Source of the DNA: a virus | Virus record (IMG/VR): IMGVR_UViG_3300035665_003403 | Location: 84,825-148,824 of that record | Length of the DNA: 64,000 nucleotides | Reading direction: 5' to 3' (one strand) | Part shown: piece by piece, positions 1 through 10,025 of the stretch | How positions within the stretch are numbered: position 1 is the stretch's first letter | Layout of the letters: every line of letters starts with the position of its first letter | Made by a program: the position numbers and the translations under genes | Notes under the pieces: generated by a model | Databases searched by the model: none | The model's input: only the letters and a program-made list of their open reading frames with translations | Told to the model about the DNA's origin: nothing

Positions 1-1
1 T

Positions 2-616
2 AGTGTTGCAATAGCTGAGTCATTCGTTAATACTGAAGTTATTCCTTTTTCATCAAACAATGAATTTCATGATGGTATCCATATTAATTTAAAAAATAAC
101 GTTTGGCGTTCAAGTGTAGGTGAGGCTGATTTTGTTATATTAGGTGATGCTGATGAGTTTTTATACCATGAAAATATGGTTGATTTTTTAATTGAAGCTA
201 AAAAAAATGGTATATCATTTTTCATACCAGAAGGTTACCACATGGTTGCTGATTTGGAGTTAGATTTAAAAAAAGATGATAACATTTTAGATTTAATAAA
301 ATATGGTGTTAGAACACAAGTCCTAGATAAACCAATGATGTTTGATTGCAATAAGATAACAAACATAAATTATGGTTTTGGTTGTCACTCAGCTAACCCA
401 GAGGGTAATATCCTAGTCTTACAAGACCCAAAACTAAAAATGTTACATTATAAATTTATTGGTATTAAGGATTACATCTATAAAAATCAAATAAGACGTG
501 AAAGATTGAGTCAATTTAATAAAAAAAACAATTTCGGTACTTATTATTTATTTGATGATAATGAACATACTATTGACTATAAAAGATATTTTGATAAAAG
601 AAGTAAAGTAATATGA
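2..616 (+). CDS. Glycosyltransferase (GT-A fold, GT2/GT92-like), 5'-truncated by window
   Basis: Frame is open from base 2 (SVAIAESF...DFVILGDADEFLYHENM), giving a DADE (DxD) motif upstream of the listed Met 176; C-terminal LHYK motif. Confidence 0.7.
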   Translation, partial: SVAIAESFVNTEVIPFSSNNEFHDGIHINLKNNVWRSSVGEADFVILGDADEFLYHENMVDFLIEAKKNGISFFIPEGYHMVADLELDLKKDDNILDLIKYGVRTQVLDKPMMFDCNKITNINYGFGCHSANPEGNILVLQDPKLKMLHYKFIGIKDYIYKNQIRRERLSQFNKKNNFGTYYLFDDNEHTIDYKRYFDKRSKVI

Positions 617-1341
617 AACTAATAATATTAACTGGTTTTTATAACGCAGAAAACTATATTGAAAGATGCTTAGCATCGATAATGGCTCAATCACATTCCG
701 ATTTCACCTGCTACATAACTCACGATTTATCAACAGATAATTCTGTTAATTTGGTTAAAGAAATGATTGAAGGTGATGATAGATTCATATTGGTACCCGA
801 TAACGATAAAAAATTATATCAAGCTGGTAATTTTGATACCGTTATTAGAAATAACCCAAACATTGATGATAATGATGTTATTATTGAAGTGGATGGTGAT
901 GATGTATTACCACATTCAAATGTATTTTCGTATTTACATGATGTTTATCTAAACGATAATATTTGGATTACAAATGGTTCATTTAAGTACACCAATGGAC
1001 AACCAGGGTTCTCTTCAAAACAAGTTATAGATGATAAATTAAGGTATGCTGAAATGACTTGTTCACATATTAGAACCTGGCGAGCTTTTTTATGGAGAGC
1101 AATCAAAGAAGAAGACTTAAAAGATGAAAATGGTGATTATTGGCAATGGAGTGGTGATTTATGTTTCATGTTTCCTATGTTAGAAATGGCCACTGATGAA
1201 CACTATAGGTTTATTGATGAAACACTTTACCTATATAATGGTGATAACCCAATAAACGAACATAAAGTTGATATTGGTATGGTAATCAACCACGCTGAAC
1301 GAATAAGAGCTAAAAACCCATACCAAAAATTAATTAGATGA
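613..1341 (+). CDS. GT2 family glycosyltransferase
   Basis: N-terminal FYNAENYIERCLASI...DLSTDNS and EVDGDD (DxD) motifs. Confidence 0.85.
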   Translation: MKLIILTGFYNAENYIERCLASIMAQSHSDFTCYITHDLSTDNSVNLVKEMIEGDDRFILVPDNDKKLYQAGNFDTVIRNNPNIDDNDVIIEVDGDDVLPHSNVFSYLHDVYLNDNIWITNGSFKYTNGQPGFSSKQVIDDKLRYAEMTCSHIRTWRAFLWRAIKEEDLKDENGDYWQWSGDLCFMFPMLEMATDEHYRFIDETLYLYNGDNPINEHKVDIGMVINHAERIRAKNPYQKLIR

Positions 1342-2105
1342 TATCATGTGAACTACAGGGTGGCTTATCTAATCAATTATTTCAAATAGCCACAACACAT
1401 GCGTTAGCTGAAACTAATAATGACATTGCTGGATTTGATTTAAACGCATGTTACACCCCAAATCAAGGTAACCCATCAAAAAACTACACCAACAGCATCT
1501 TAAGTAAGATTAATCATGTTGACAACCCATATTATAGGGTAGCTTATAATGAACCATATTTTTCGTACAATGAAATACCATATGTTACTGACTTAAAACT
1601 ACGTGGTTATTTTCAATCGTATAAATATTTCAAAGATATTGACGTGCATGATTTATTCCCATTCGATTTAGATACAAAGAATAAAATATTCAATTACTTA
1701 GAAAATAATTTTGGGGTTAACCCAGTAACTTCAGTTCATGTTAGAAGAGGTGATTACTTAAAAAATCCAGATTTTCACACTAATTTACCTATAGAATATT
1801 ATAAAGAAGCTATGGATATTATTGGTGATAGTTTCTTTATTTTCGTATCTGATGACATAAATTGGGTTAAAGAAAACTTTGTTGGTGATAATATATTTTA
1901 CTCACCATTTAATACTGATGTTGAAGACTTATTTCTAATGAGTCAATGTGATAACAATATAATTGCCAACAGTAGCTTTAGTTGGTGGGGTGCTTATTTA
2001 AATAAAAATATTGGCAATAAAGTCGTTTCACCAAAGAATTGGTTTGGTAAATTAGGACCAAAAGATACTCAAGATTTGATTCCAGATAATTGGATAACGA
2101 TTTAA
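1338..2105 (+). CDS. GT11 alpha-1,2-fucosyltransferase-like
   Basis: GGLSNQLFQ, GYFQS, VHVRRGDY, SDD, NSSFSWWGAYL motifs. Confidence 0.92.
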   Translation: MISCELQGGLSNQLFQIATTHALAETNNDIAGFDLNACYTPNQGNPSKNYTNSILSKINHVDNPYYRVAYNEPYFSYNEIPYVTDLKLRGYFQSYKYFKDIDVHDLFPFDLDTKNKIFNYLENNFGVNPVTSVHVRRGDYLKNPDFHTNLPIEYYKEAMDIIGDSFFIFVSDDINWVKENFVGDNIFYSPFNTDVEDLFLMSQCDNNIIANSSFSWWGAYLNKNIGNKVVSPKNWFGKLGPKDTQDLIPDNWITI

Positions 2106-2156
2106 ATATTTACTTATTAAATTTTATTTAGTAAATTTATTTAAAACTAACAAATT

Positions 2157-2867
2157 ATGAATAAACCATTTTTTACAATAGCTATACCGACTTATGAAAT
2201 GGGTGATGTTGGTGTTAATTTTTTAGCGAATAGTTTTAATCTTATAAAAAAACAAACTTTTACCGATTTTGAAGTTGTTATTTCTGACCATTCAAAAAAT
2301 GATGATATTAAAAATTTATGTGAAGAATATATTAATTTTTTTAAAATAAATTACATTAAAAACGAAAACAATCTAGGTTCATCATCTGCAAATTTGAATA
2401 ATGCTATATTAAACGCTAAAGGACAAGTTATTAAAATTTTATTTCAAGATGACTTTTTTTTTGATGAATTTTCATTAGAAAATACCGCATCAAACTTTGA
2501 TATTAAAGTAGATAAATGGTTAGTTAGTCGTTGTGAACACACATTTGATGGCTCAACATTTATTAGAGATTTTACACCTAGATATAACGAAATGATTTAT
2601 ACTGGAAATAATACAATAAGTTCACCATCTGTTTTATCTATTTTAAATGATAACCCCATTTTATTTGATGAAAATTTAATAAACTTAATGGATTGTGAAT
2701 ATTATAAACGTTGTTATGATAAATTTGGTTTACCAAAAATTTTAGACAAAATAACAATTGTAAACAGAATGGGTGAACACCAAATAACCAATTCAAAATT
2801 GACTGATGAGATAAGACAAAAAGAATTAAATTACGTAACAAAAAAAATATATGATAAAACTTCCTAA
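2157..2867 (+). CDS. GT2 family glycosyltransferase
   Basis: IAIPTY...QTFTDFEVVISDHS...NLNNAI...LFQDD. Confidence 0.88.
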   Translation: MNKPFFTIAIPTYEMGDVGVNFLANSFNLIKKQTFTDFEVVISDHSKNDDIKNLCEEYINFFKINYIKNENNLGSSSANLNNAILNAKGQVIKILFQDDFFFDEFSLENTASNFDIKVDKWLVSRCEHTFDGSTFIRDFTPRYNEMIYTGNNTISSPSVLSILNDNPILFDENLINLMDCEYYKRCYDKFGLPKILDKITIVNRMGEHQITNSKLTDEIRQKELNYVTKKIYDKTS

Positions 2868-3474
2868 TGTAACTTTGGTATCTGTTAGTTCTGTTAAAAT
2901 TACTGAAACTATCGAAGCCATTAATAAATCTATGGAAAATATTGAATTTTACGATACAATATTAATAAGCCATGAAAAACCAAATTATTTACCTAATAAT
3001 ATTAATTTTATTCAATGCGCTAAAATAAATAATATTGACGAGTATAGTAAATTTATGCTTTTTGATTTGACTAATCACATAAAATCAGATTTTGTTTTAG
3101 TCGTTCAATATGATGGTTATGTATTAAGACCAAATAAATGGTCTAATGAATTTTTTAAATACGATTACATAGGTGCCCCTTGGCCAAAAAATGTTCATTA
3201 TAATGGTGATTTAAATATTAGAGTAGGTAATGGTGGGTTTAGTTTTAGAAGTAAAAAGTTATTAGATGTTATGAATACCAATAACTTACCATTTACCGAT
3301 AATGGAACTGGGTTTTTTAATGAGGATGGTGTTATTTGTAATTACCACAGAAAAACATTAGAAAATATCGGGATAAAATTTGCAACACCAGAAATAGCTT
3401 CTATGTTTAGTTATGAATCACAATGTGATGAAAGTGTACAAGAACCTTTTGGTTTTCATAAATATAAAAAATAA
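2851..3474 (+). CDS. DUF5672-like glycosyltransferase-related protein
   Basis: VQYDG...YDYIGAPW...VGNGGFSFRSKKL...ED...FGFH motif set. Confidence 0.8.
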   Translation: MIKLPNVTLVSVSSVKITETIEAINKSMENIEFYDTILISHEKPNYLPNNINFIQCAKINNIDEYSKFMLFDLTNHIKSDFVLVVQYDGYVLRPNKWSNEFFKYDYIGAPWPKNVHYNGDLNIRVGNGGFSFRSKKLLDVMNTNNLPFTDNGTGFFNEDGVICNYHRKTLENIGIKFATPEIASMFSYESQCDESVQEPFGFHKYKK

Positions 3475-3479
3475 ATAAT

Positions 3480-4100
3480 ATGAATAAATTAGAAATTAAA
3501 AAATTAATAAATAAAGAAAACCCCATGATTTTTGAAATAGGTTGTGCGGATGGTGGTGATACATTAGAATTCATAAATACATTTAACGATTTAGAAATCT
3601 ATTGTTTTGAACCAGAACCAAAAAATATAAAACTAGTCAAAGAAAAAATTAATTATCCAAAACATCATTTATTTGAAGGTGTTATTTCGGATGTTAATGG
3701 TGAACTAATATTTAATCGTTCCAGAACTGATAACCCAAATGACTTATCTTATTCTGGTAGTATTAAAAAACCAAAAGAACATTTAAACGAATGGTCTTTT
3801 ATTAAATTTGATGAGCAAATTACCGTTAAATCAATTACTTTAGATAAATTTTGTGAAGATAAAAAAATAAACTTAATTGATTTTATTTGGGCTGACGTAC
3901 AAGGGGCTGAGGAAAATTTAATAATTGGTGGGTTAAATACATTAAACAGAAATGTTAGATATTTTTACACTGAATATTCTAATAAAGAATATTATGAAGG
4001 TCAATTAAAATTAGAATCTTTATTAAAATTAATGGGTAATAATTGGGAATTAATAAAAGATTTTGGTTCTGATGTTTTGTTAAAAAATAAAACTTTATGA
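3480..4100 (+). CDS. FkbM family SAM methyltransferase
   Basis: FEIGCADG, FEPEP, TLDKF, IDFIWADVQGAE. Confidence 0.9.
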   Translation: MNKLEIKKLINKENPMIFEIGCADGGDTLEFINTFNDLEIYCFEPEPKNIKLVKEKINYPKHHLFEGVISDVNGELIFNRSRTDNPNDLSYSGSIKKPKEHLNEWSFIKFDEQITVKSITLDKFCEDKKINLIDFIWADVQGAEENLIIGGLNTLNRNVRYFYTEYSNKEYYEGQLKLESLLKLMGNNWELIKDFGSDVLLKNKTL

Positions 4101-5086
4101 TACACATTTTTACTTATGCACATAAAAGACCAGATTTTATAAAAATACAATATGAATCCATTAAAAAATATGTTATAGGGGAATACGAATATGTGGTGTT
4201 TAATAATGCAATTGATTCAATGCAACAACATAATGACATAAAAAAAATATGTGATGAACTAAATATTAAATGCGTTGATATCATTATCGACAATGACATT
4301 ACATCTAAATTAATTATGGGTCATATATATAACAACACCTATAGTAATGCAAATGTAGGTACTTCTTACCCTATTATGTATACATTTAAAAATTATTTAA
4401 CCAGCGAATCAAAAATTTGTATAATAGATTCAGACATGTTTTTCATTAATAATATTAATTTTAATGAAGTAATGAAAAACAAAGACGCATTATATATACC
4501 TCAATATAGGGATAATAATAATTTAAAATATATGTGGAATGCGTTTGTATGTTTAAATTTTGAACGAAACGAATTATTGAAAAATTTAGATTGGAATTGT
4601 GATTATGTTGGTAATATCGGTTTAGATGTTGGTGGTAAAACCAGACATTTTTTGGTTGAAAATAAATTAGATATTTCAATAATGGAAGAATATAGTATTT
4701 ATGATTACATAGATGACGGCTCAACCAAAAAAATACATTTTATATTAAACGGTAATATAAATTATAATTTAGTTTTAGACCAAAATAATAATTTATTATC
4801 ATTTACACACATAGGTGGTGATAAACTTTTTGATAATAAATCATTTCCACACGAACCAGAATTTTCAAATTATTCGTCATATATACTAAACAAAACACTT
4901 AAAATATTAGAAATTTTCGATAATTATGGTGTCAATTTACCTAACCCAAAACACATAGGATTTATTGGTTTTATGGGTAGTGATGATTATTTTATAATTC
5001 ATTATAAATCTGGTTCAAACTATTTAGGGTTCAGCACTAACGAATACAATATTAAAAAAACAAACGAAATAAAAAAAATATTATGA
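4097..5086 (+). CDS. Putative glycosyltransferase (GT-A, DSD motif)
   Basis: IIDSDMF DxD motif, DVGG, HYKSGSNY; lies within the glycan island. Confidence 0.6.
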   Translation: MIHIFTYAHKRPDFIKIQYESIKKYVIGEYEYVVFNNAIDSMQQHNDIKKICDELNIKCVDIIIDNDITSKLIMGHIYNNTYSNANVGTSYPIMYTFKNYLTSESKICIIDSDMFFINNINFNEVMKNKDALYIPQYRDNNNLKYMWNAFVCLNFERNELLKNLDWNCDYVGNIGLDVGGKTRHFLVENKLDISIMEEYSIYDYIDDGSTKKIHFILNGNINYNLVLDQNNNLLSFTHIGGDKLFDNKSFPHEPEFSNYSSYILNKTLKILEIFDNYGVNLPNPKHIGFIGFMGSDDYFIIHYKSGSNYLGFSTNEYNIKKTNEIKKIL

Positions 5087-6024
5087 TAGTAACAGAATTA
5101 TATAATGGTCAAGGATTAGGAAATCAATTATGGTGTTACGTTGTTACTAGGTTAATTGCTGACACTAATGGTTATGATTTTGGTATAATGTCTTTAGATA
5201 AATTTAAAGGTAAAGAATTTATGGATTTAGATTTTGGTAAAACGGTTACAGGTGGTTCTGGCCCAGAAGGTGGCCCACCAACAACTTTACCAGATGGAAT
5301 ATTAAATTACTATAAAGAGAATCTAGTAAGACATCCATTTAGCGGTTTAGATATTTCACCTAAAGATAACTTATTATTAACAATTTCAGATGACACAAAA
5401 GTTGATGGAACTATGCAATCTTTTGAGTATGTTAAAAATTATAAAGATAAAATAGTTGGGTATTTAAAAATAAAAAAAGATAAACAAATTTTAGATTATA
5501 GTTATGATAACATTTGTGTTATACATATTAGGGGTGGTGATTTTAAAAATAGTTCGGCAATGTTATATTCTAATTATTATACCAATGCAATGAATTATTT
5601 TAAAATGAAAAATAATGATATGGTATTTTATATTGTAACAGATGATTTTAATACAGCTAAACAAATATTACCAAACGTTGAAATAATAGGTTCTTCTACA
5701 ACTAATTATACTGATTCTAATAAAGCCAATCACCATTTAGGCGGTCCAATTTGGATTGATTATTCAATATTAAACAACGCAAAAAATATAATTATATCAG
5801 CATCAAGCTTTAGTTGGTGGCCAGTATGGACAAACCGTAATAACCCTAATGTTATAGCACCAAAATATTGGGCGGCACATAAAACTAATGCTGGATATTG
5901 GTCTTGTGGTGAGTCATTAGTTGAAGGGTGGAATTATTTGGATACTGAGGGTAAACTATTTACACACGATGAATGTTTATTAGAATATAACAAATATAAA
6001 AAAGAAAATGAATATGGATATTAA
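5083..6024 (+). CDS. Second GT11-like glycosyltransferase
   Basis: GQGLGNQL, IHIRGGDF, VTDD, SSFSWWP. Confidence 0.85.
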   Translation: MIVTELYNGQGLGNQLWCYVVTRLIADTNGYDFGIMSLDKFKGKEFMDLDFGKTVTGGSGPEGGPPTTLPDGILNYYKENLVRHPFSGLDISPKDNLLLTISDDTKVDGTMQSFEYVKNYKDKIVGYLKIKKDKQILDYSYDNICVIHIRGGDFKNSSAMLYSNYYTNAMNYFKMKNNDMVFYIVTDDFNTAKQILPNVEIIGSSTTNYTDSNKANHHLGGPIWIDYSILNNAKNIIISASSFSWWPVWTNRNNPNVIAPKYWAAHKTNAGYWSCGESLVEGWNYLDTEGKLFTHDECLLEYNKYKKENEYGY

Positions 6025-6652
6025 TGAAATATGTTTAAAATATAAAACTGATAAGTCGTCTAATTTTCATAATTATTCTGAAAAATATGAACAATATTTT
6101 TCAAAATTAAAAAATGAAAAAATAAAAATATTAGAAATCGGTATACAAAATGGATATTCATTAAAAACTTGGTGTGAATATTTTCCAAATGCTGAAGTTT
6201 ATGGTGTTGATATTGTTAATTGTTCTCACTTAGATAATGATAGGATAAAAACTTTTATTTGTAATCAGACAGATTTAGATATGCTTAACACAATAAATGA
6301 AAATTATGGTCCATTTGATATAATAATTGATGATGGTTCTCATGTTAGTAACCATATGGTTACAACTTTTAATCATTTATTTCCATTATTAAAACCTAAT
6401 GGTTTATATATAGTTGAAGATTTACATTGTTGTTATTGGTCTAATTTTAGTAGTGAAACTAAATTTATGGACAGAATGAAAGAACTATTAGATGTTGTGA
6501 ATGGAAATGGTAAATGTGGTCTGGCTGAAATTAAAAATTTAGATTCAGACAATTACTATCAAAATAAAACTAGAGGTGAAATGGATTGGTGGGAAATGAA
6601 TATTGAATTCCTCCATCTATATAGAAGCATAGTGTTTATTAAAAAAAGATAA
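6008..6652 (+). CDS. Class I SAM-dependent (sugar O-)methyltransferase
   Basis: TDK...H.Y, ILEIGI..G.S, FDIIIDDGSH, GLYIVEDL. Confidence 0.88.
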   Translation: MNMDINEICLKYKTDKSSNFHNYSEKYEQYFSKLKNEKIKILEIGIQNGYSLKTWCEYFPNAEVYGVDIVNCSHLDNDRIKTFICNQTDLDMLNTINENYGPFDIIIDDGSHVSNHMVTTFNHLFPLLKPNGLYIVEDLHCCYWSNFSSETKFMDRMKELLDVVNGNGKCGLAEIKNLDSDNYYQNKTRGEMDWWEMNIEFLHLYRSIVFIKKR

Positions 6653-6653
6653 T

Positions 6654-7490
6654 ATGAAAATTTACGATACTTTCATCTTTTTTAATGAATTAGATTTATT
6701 AGAAATTAGATTAAATATACTTAACGATTATGTTGATTATTTTGTTTTAGTTGAGGCTACTAAAACATTTACTGGTAAGGATAAATCATTATATTACCTA
6801 GAAAATAAAGCTAGGTTTGAAAAATTTAATGATAAAATAATACACATTATAGTTAATGATATACCAGATTCTTTTAATGAACTAACTTTAAGGGGTGGTG
6901 ATGAATTAGAAAAATCTATTCATCATGATTGTTTAACTACACCTAATGTACCAAAAAATGAGGTTCATTGGTTAAGGGAATTTTACCAAAAAGAACAAAT
7001 AAAACAAGGGTTAAGAAACGCTTCAGATGATGATTTTATTTACATTTCAGATTTAGATGAGATTTGGTTACCAGACATTAATATAGATTATAATTCAGAT
7101 AAAATTTTTAGATTAAATCAAAAAGTCTACACTTACTTTTTAAATATTAGGTCATCCGAAGATTGGTTCGGAACTGTTTCAACCAAATACATTAATCTGA
7201 AAAATTATAGTGTTAATCATATTAGAACCCCCAATAGAAATAATTACGAACATGTTTATAACGCTGGTTGGCATTTTACATTTCAAGGTGGTGAATTAAT
7301 GATAAAAAATAAAATAGAATCATATGGTCATCAAGAACTAAATAGAGAAGATATTAAAAATATGATTTCAAATAGGTTGGTAAACTCTATTGACATTTTT
7401 GGTAGAGGTTATGTATTAACAATGGATAATGAAAATTTACCAGAATATGTAAAAAATAATTTAAAAAAATACAAACATTTAATTAAATGA
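6654..7490 (+). CDS. GT17-like (beta-1,4-GlcNAc transferase-like) protein
   Basis: IYDTFIFFNELDLLEIRL...FVLVEA, SDLDEI, GWHF, KIESYGHQE. Confidence 0.88.
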   Translation: MKIYDTFIFFNELDLLEIRLNILNDYVDYFVLVEATKTFTGKDKSLYYLENKARFEKFNDKIIHIIVNDIPDSFNELTLRGGDELEKSIHHDCLTTPNVPKNEVHWLREFYQKEQIKQGLRNASDDDFIYISDLDEIWLPDINIDYNSDKIFRLNQKVYTYFLNIRSSEDWFGTVSTKYINLKNYSVNHIRTPNRNNYEHVYNAGWHFTFQGGELMIKNKIESYGHQELNREDIKNMISNRLVNSIDIFGRGYVLTMDNENLPEYVKNNLKKYKHLIK

Positions 7491-8080
7491 CAAGAACAGA
7501 AATAATTAATGGGTTAATTAAAAAAAATAATTATACATCTTATTTAGAAATTGGTGTTAATACACCAGCACAACCTGGATATAATTGGGTTGGTGTTAAC
7601 ATACCATTAAAACATGGTGTTGACCCTAATGTTGATACAACATACAAAATGACTTCTGATGAGTTTTTTGAAAAACACATAACACAAAAATATGATATAG
7701 TTTTCGTTGATGGATTACATTTACATGAACAAGTTTATAGAGATATTATTAACTCACTTAATAATTTGAATGAAAATGGAGTTATTGTTGTACATGATTG
7801 CAATCCAGTTACTGAAATAACACAAAGAAGAGAACGTGCCAGTGATTCGTGGCATGGTGATGTATGGAAAGCTATTGTACAGTTACGCATGGAAAATTTA
7901 GAATTAGAAATTTACACAGTTAATACTGATGAAGGTTGTGGTATTATAAAAAAAGGTAAACAAGAATTATTAATTGTTAACGAAAATGAAAATTACAATG
8001 AATATAGTTTCTTAGAAAAAAATAGAGAAAAAGCTATTAATTTAATTTCTATAGAAACATTTAAAGAAAAATATTTATAA
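7487..8080 (+). CDS. Class I SAM methyltransferase (Methyltransf_24-like)
   Basis: YLEIGV, YDIVFVDGLH, IVVHDC, GDVWKA. Confidence 0.85.
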   Translation: MTRTEIINGLIKKNNYTSYLEIGVNTPAQPGYNWVGVNIPLKHGVDPNVDTTYKMTSDEFFEKHITQKYDIVFVDGLHLHEQVYRDIINSLNNLNENGVIVVHDCNPVTEITQRRERASDSWHGDVWKAIVQLRMENLELEIYTVNTDEGCGIIKKGKQELLIVNENENYNEYSFLEKNREKAINLISIETFKEKYL

Positions 8081-8111
8081 TAAAAAAATAATATCTTATT
8101 TAGTTTTTTAA

Positions 8112-8225
8112 AAGATTAATAATGACCCATTTTTTAGGGGTTGGTTAACATTGGTAAATGTAGATAACTCATACCCAGAATATTTACTCAACAATATCGA
8201 AAAGTATGGACATATGATAAAGTAA
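8112..8225 (+). pseudogene. Orphan 3' remnant of a GT17-like gene
   Basis: Translates KINNDPFFRGWLTLVNVDNSYPEYLLNNIEKYGHMIK*, which resembles the C-terminus of 6654..7490 (DIFGRGYVLTMDNENLPEYVKNNLKKYKHLIK*); in-frame stop at 8109-8111. Confidence 0.65.
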
Positions 8226-8251
8226 CCATATATTTATCATAAAAAGACTTC

Positions 8252-9004
8252 ATGCCAAGAAAAAAAGCAGCAGTAAAAAAACAAACAGCAAAAACTAGAA
8301 CCAACACAGATTGGAATCTAGAAAAACAACCAAACACAGTTGAAGATATTATTAAAAATATCAGGTTATCAATAAAACCACAAAGTCAAAACCAAAAAAA
8401 ATTATTAGATAGTATAAGAGATAAAGAAATAACCATATGCTCTGGTTCTCCAGGTGTTGGTAAAACATTCTTATCTTGTGCTGAAGCACTTAATATCCTA
8501 AAAACATCCGATACAATAGATAAGATTGTAATTATTAAATCAGTTACCACATTACCCTCTGAACAAATTGGCTATGTTAAAGGCTCTGTTGAGGACAAAA
8601 TGGAGGGAATAATTTATTCATTTACAAATAATTTTGAAAAATTAATTGGTAAAGATAAAACATCTAAATTAATGGAATTAGGTGTCATTCAAACTTTACC
8701 AATAGCCTTTCTTCGTGGAATTAATATAGATTCAGCTATAGTGATTTGTGATGAGGTTCAGAACATAACGATACCAAATATTAGAACAATCATGACTCGT
8801 TTAGGTAAGAACAGCAAGATGGTTTTCTTGGGTGATGTGAACCAAATTGATATCAAAGATAAAAAAGAATCAGCTTTACAATTCCTAATTAATAACTTCA
8901 ATGATATTGATGAGATTGGTATAGTTGAATTAACAGTAGATGATATCGTTAGAAATCCATTGATTAAAAAAATTGAAGATAAATTTAATTCATTAAAAAA
9001 ATAA
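8252..9004 (+). CDS. phoH: PhoH family ATPase
   Basis: GSPGVGKT Walker A, AFLRG, DEVQN, TRLG, GDVNQID, DIVRNPLI. Confidence 0.95.
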   Translation: MPRKKAAVKKQTAKTRTNTDWNLEKQPNTVEDIIKNIRLSIKPQSQNQKKLLDSIRDKEITICSGSPGVGKTFLSCAEALNILKTSDTIDKIVIIKSVTTLPSEQIGYVKGSVEDKMEGIIYSFTNNFEKLIGKDKTSKLMELGVIQTLPIAFLRGINIDSAIVICDEVQNITIPNIRTIMTRLGKNSKMVFLGDVNQIDIKDKKESALQFLINNFNDIDEIGIVELTVDDIVRNPLIKKIEDKFNSLKK

Positions 9005-9053
9005 CTTTACTTTAAAATAAACAATATTATGTTTGTTTTAAATTATTGTATTA

Positions 9054-9674
9054 ATGAATAAAAAACAAATTTCTATTGGTATTAGTATTAATGAGGTCGT
9101 TCGTGATTTCATTGGTCAATTAACCTATACCTATAACAAGTATTACCCAGATTTCAAAATTGAAGAAACTGAGTTAACAAACTTTGATTTTCTGAATTCA
9201 TTGTCGGCATTCAAAGATGCTAAAGAAATGAATACTTTTATCTACTCAGAATCAGCAATGGAAATATTCGCTCATGCTGACGTAAAATCGGAAGCCTTAA
9301 AAATACACTTAAATTCATTTATAAGAGATTTAAAAGATTTCTATGATATCGATTTAACTGTTGTAACAAGAGAAGTGGATAAGAGTATCCCAAGCACATT
9401 ATTTTTCCTTTCCAAGCTTGGTTGTAGAGCAACCAATATCAAATTTGTACCAGGTAACGTGGACGAATGGGATGGTATTGATATCTTGATTACGGCAAAC
9501 CCAATAGCCTTGGATAATAAACCAGATGGTAAAATAAGTGTCAAGGTAAAAAGCCCATATAACTCAGAATCAACTGGAACCTATGAGGTTAATGATATCA
9601 TGGAATTAATAACAAACGATGATTTAATTAAAAAAGTAATAACAACAGAACTAACACAATATGAAGAACTTTAA
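9054..9674 (+). CDS. HAD/5'(3')-deoxyribonucleotidase-like protein, possibly inactive
   Basis: ISIGISINEVVRD matches HAD motif I but lacks the Asp; C-terminal PYN. Confidence 0.5.
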   Translation: MNKKQISIGISINEVVRDFIGQLTYTYNKYYPDFKIEETELTNFDFLNSLSAFKDAKEMNTFIYSESAMEIFAHADVKSEALKIHLNSFIRDLKDFYDIDLTVVTREVDKSIPSTLFFLSKLGCRATNIKFVPGNVDEWDGIDILITANPIALDNKPDGKISVKVKSPYNSESTGTYEVNDIMELITNDDLIKKVITTELTQYEEL

Positions 9675-10023
9675 TATGCTAGAATTCGGAAACAAAACAT
9701 TTTTCATTGACATAGATGCCTTGGAAAAATATGTAACAATGAACCCAGACCCAACTGACGTAGAAACTACAATTTTTGAAAGTTATGATAGTAGTGGTAA
9801 TTTAGTTAGTAGAAATATGACCACAATATCCCCATCAAAAGATAAAACAATAAATTTACCTAAATATGAAACAATACGATATTTTATAGATGTATTGACT
9901 GAAGTTTTTAGTGTTGAAATGGATGAAACTTTGGGTGCTGACAGAGCATTAGATGGGTTAAGCTTCTCACATAAATTGGTAATTAACACCTTACTAAAAA
10001 ACGGAATTATTAAATACAAATAA
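9661..10023 (+). CDS. Hypothetical phage protein
   Basis: Overlaps the upstream gene in the operon; normal codon usage. Confidence 0.7.
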   Translation: MKNFNMLEFGNKTFFIDIDALEKYVTMNPDPTDVETTIFESYDSSGNLVSRNMTTISPSKDKTINLPKYETIRYFIDVLTEVFSVEMDETLGADRALDGLSFSHKLVINTLLKNGIIKYK

Positions 10024-10025
10024 CA

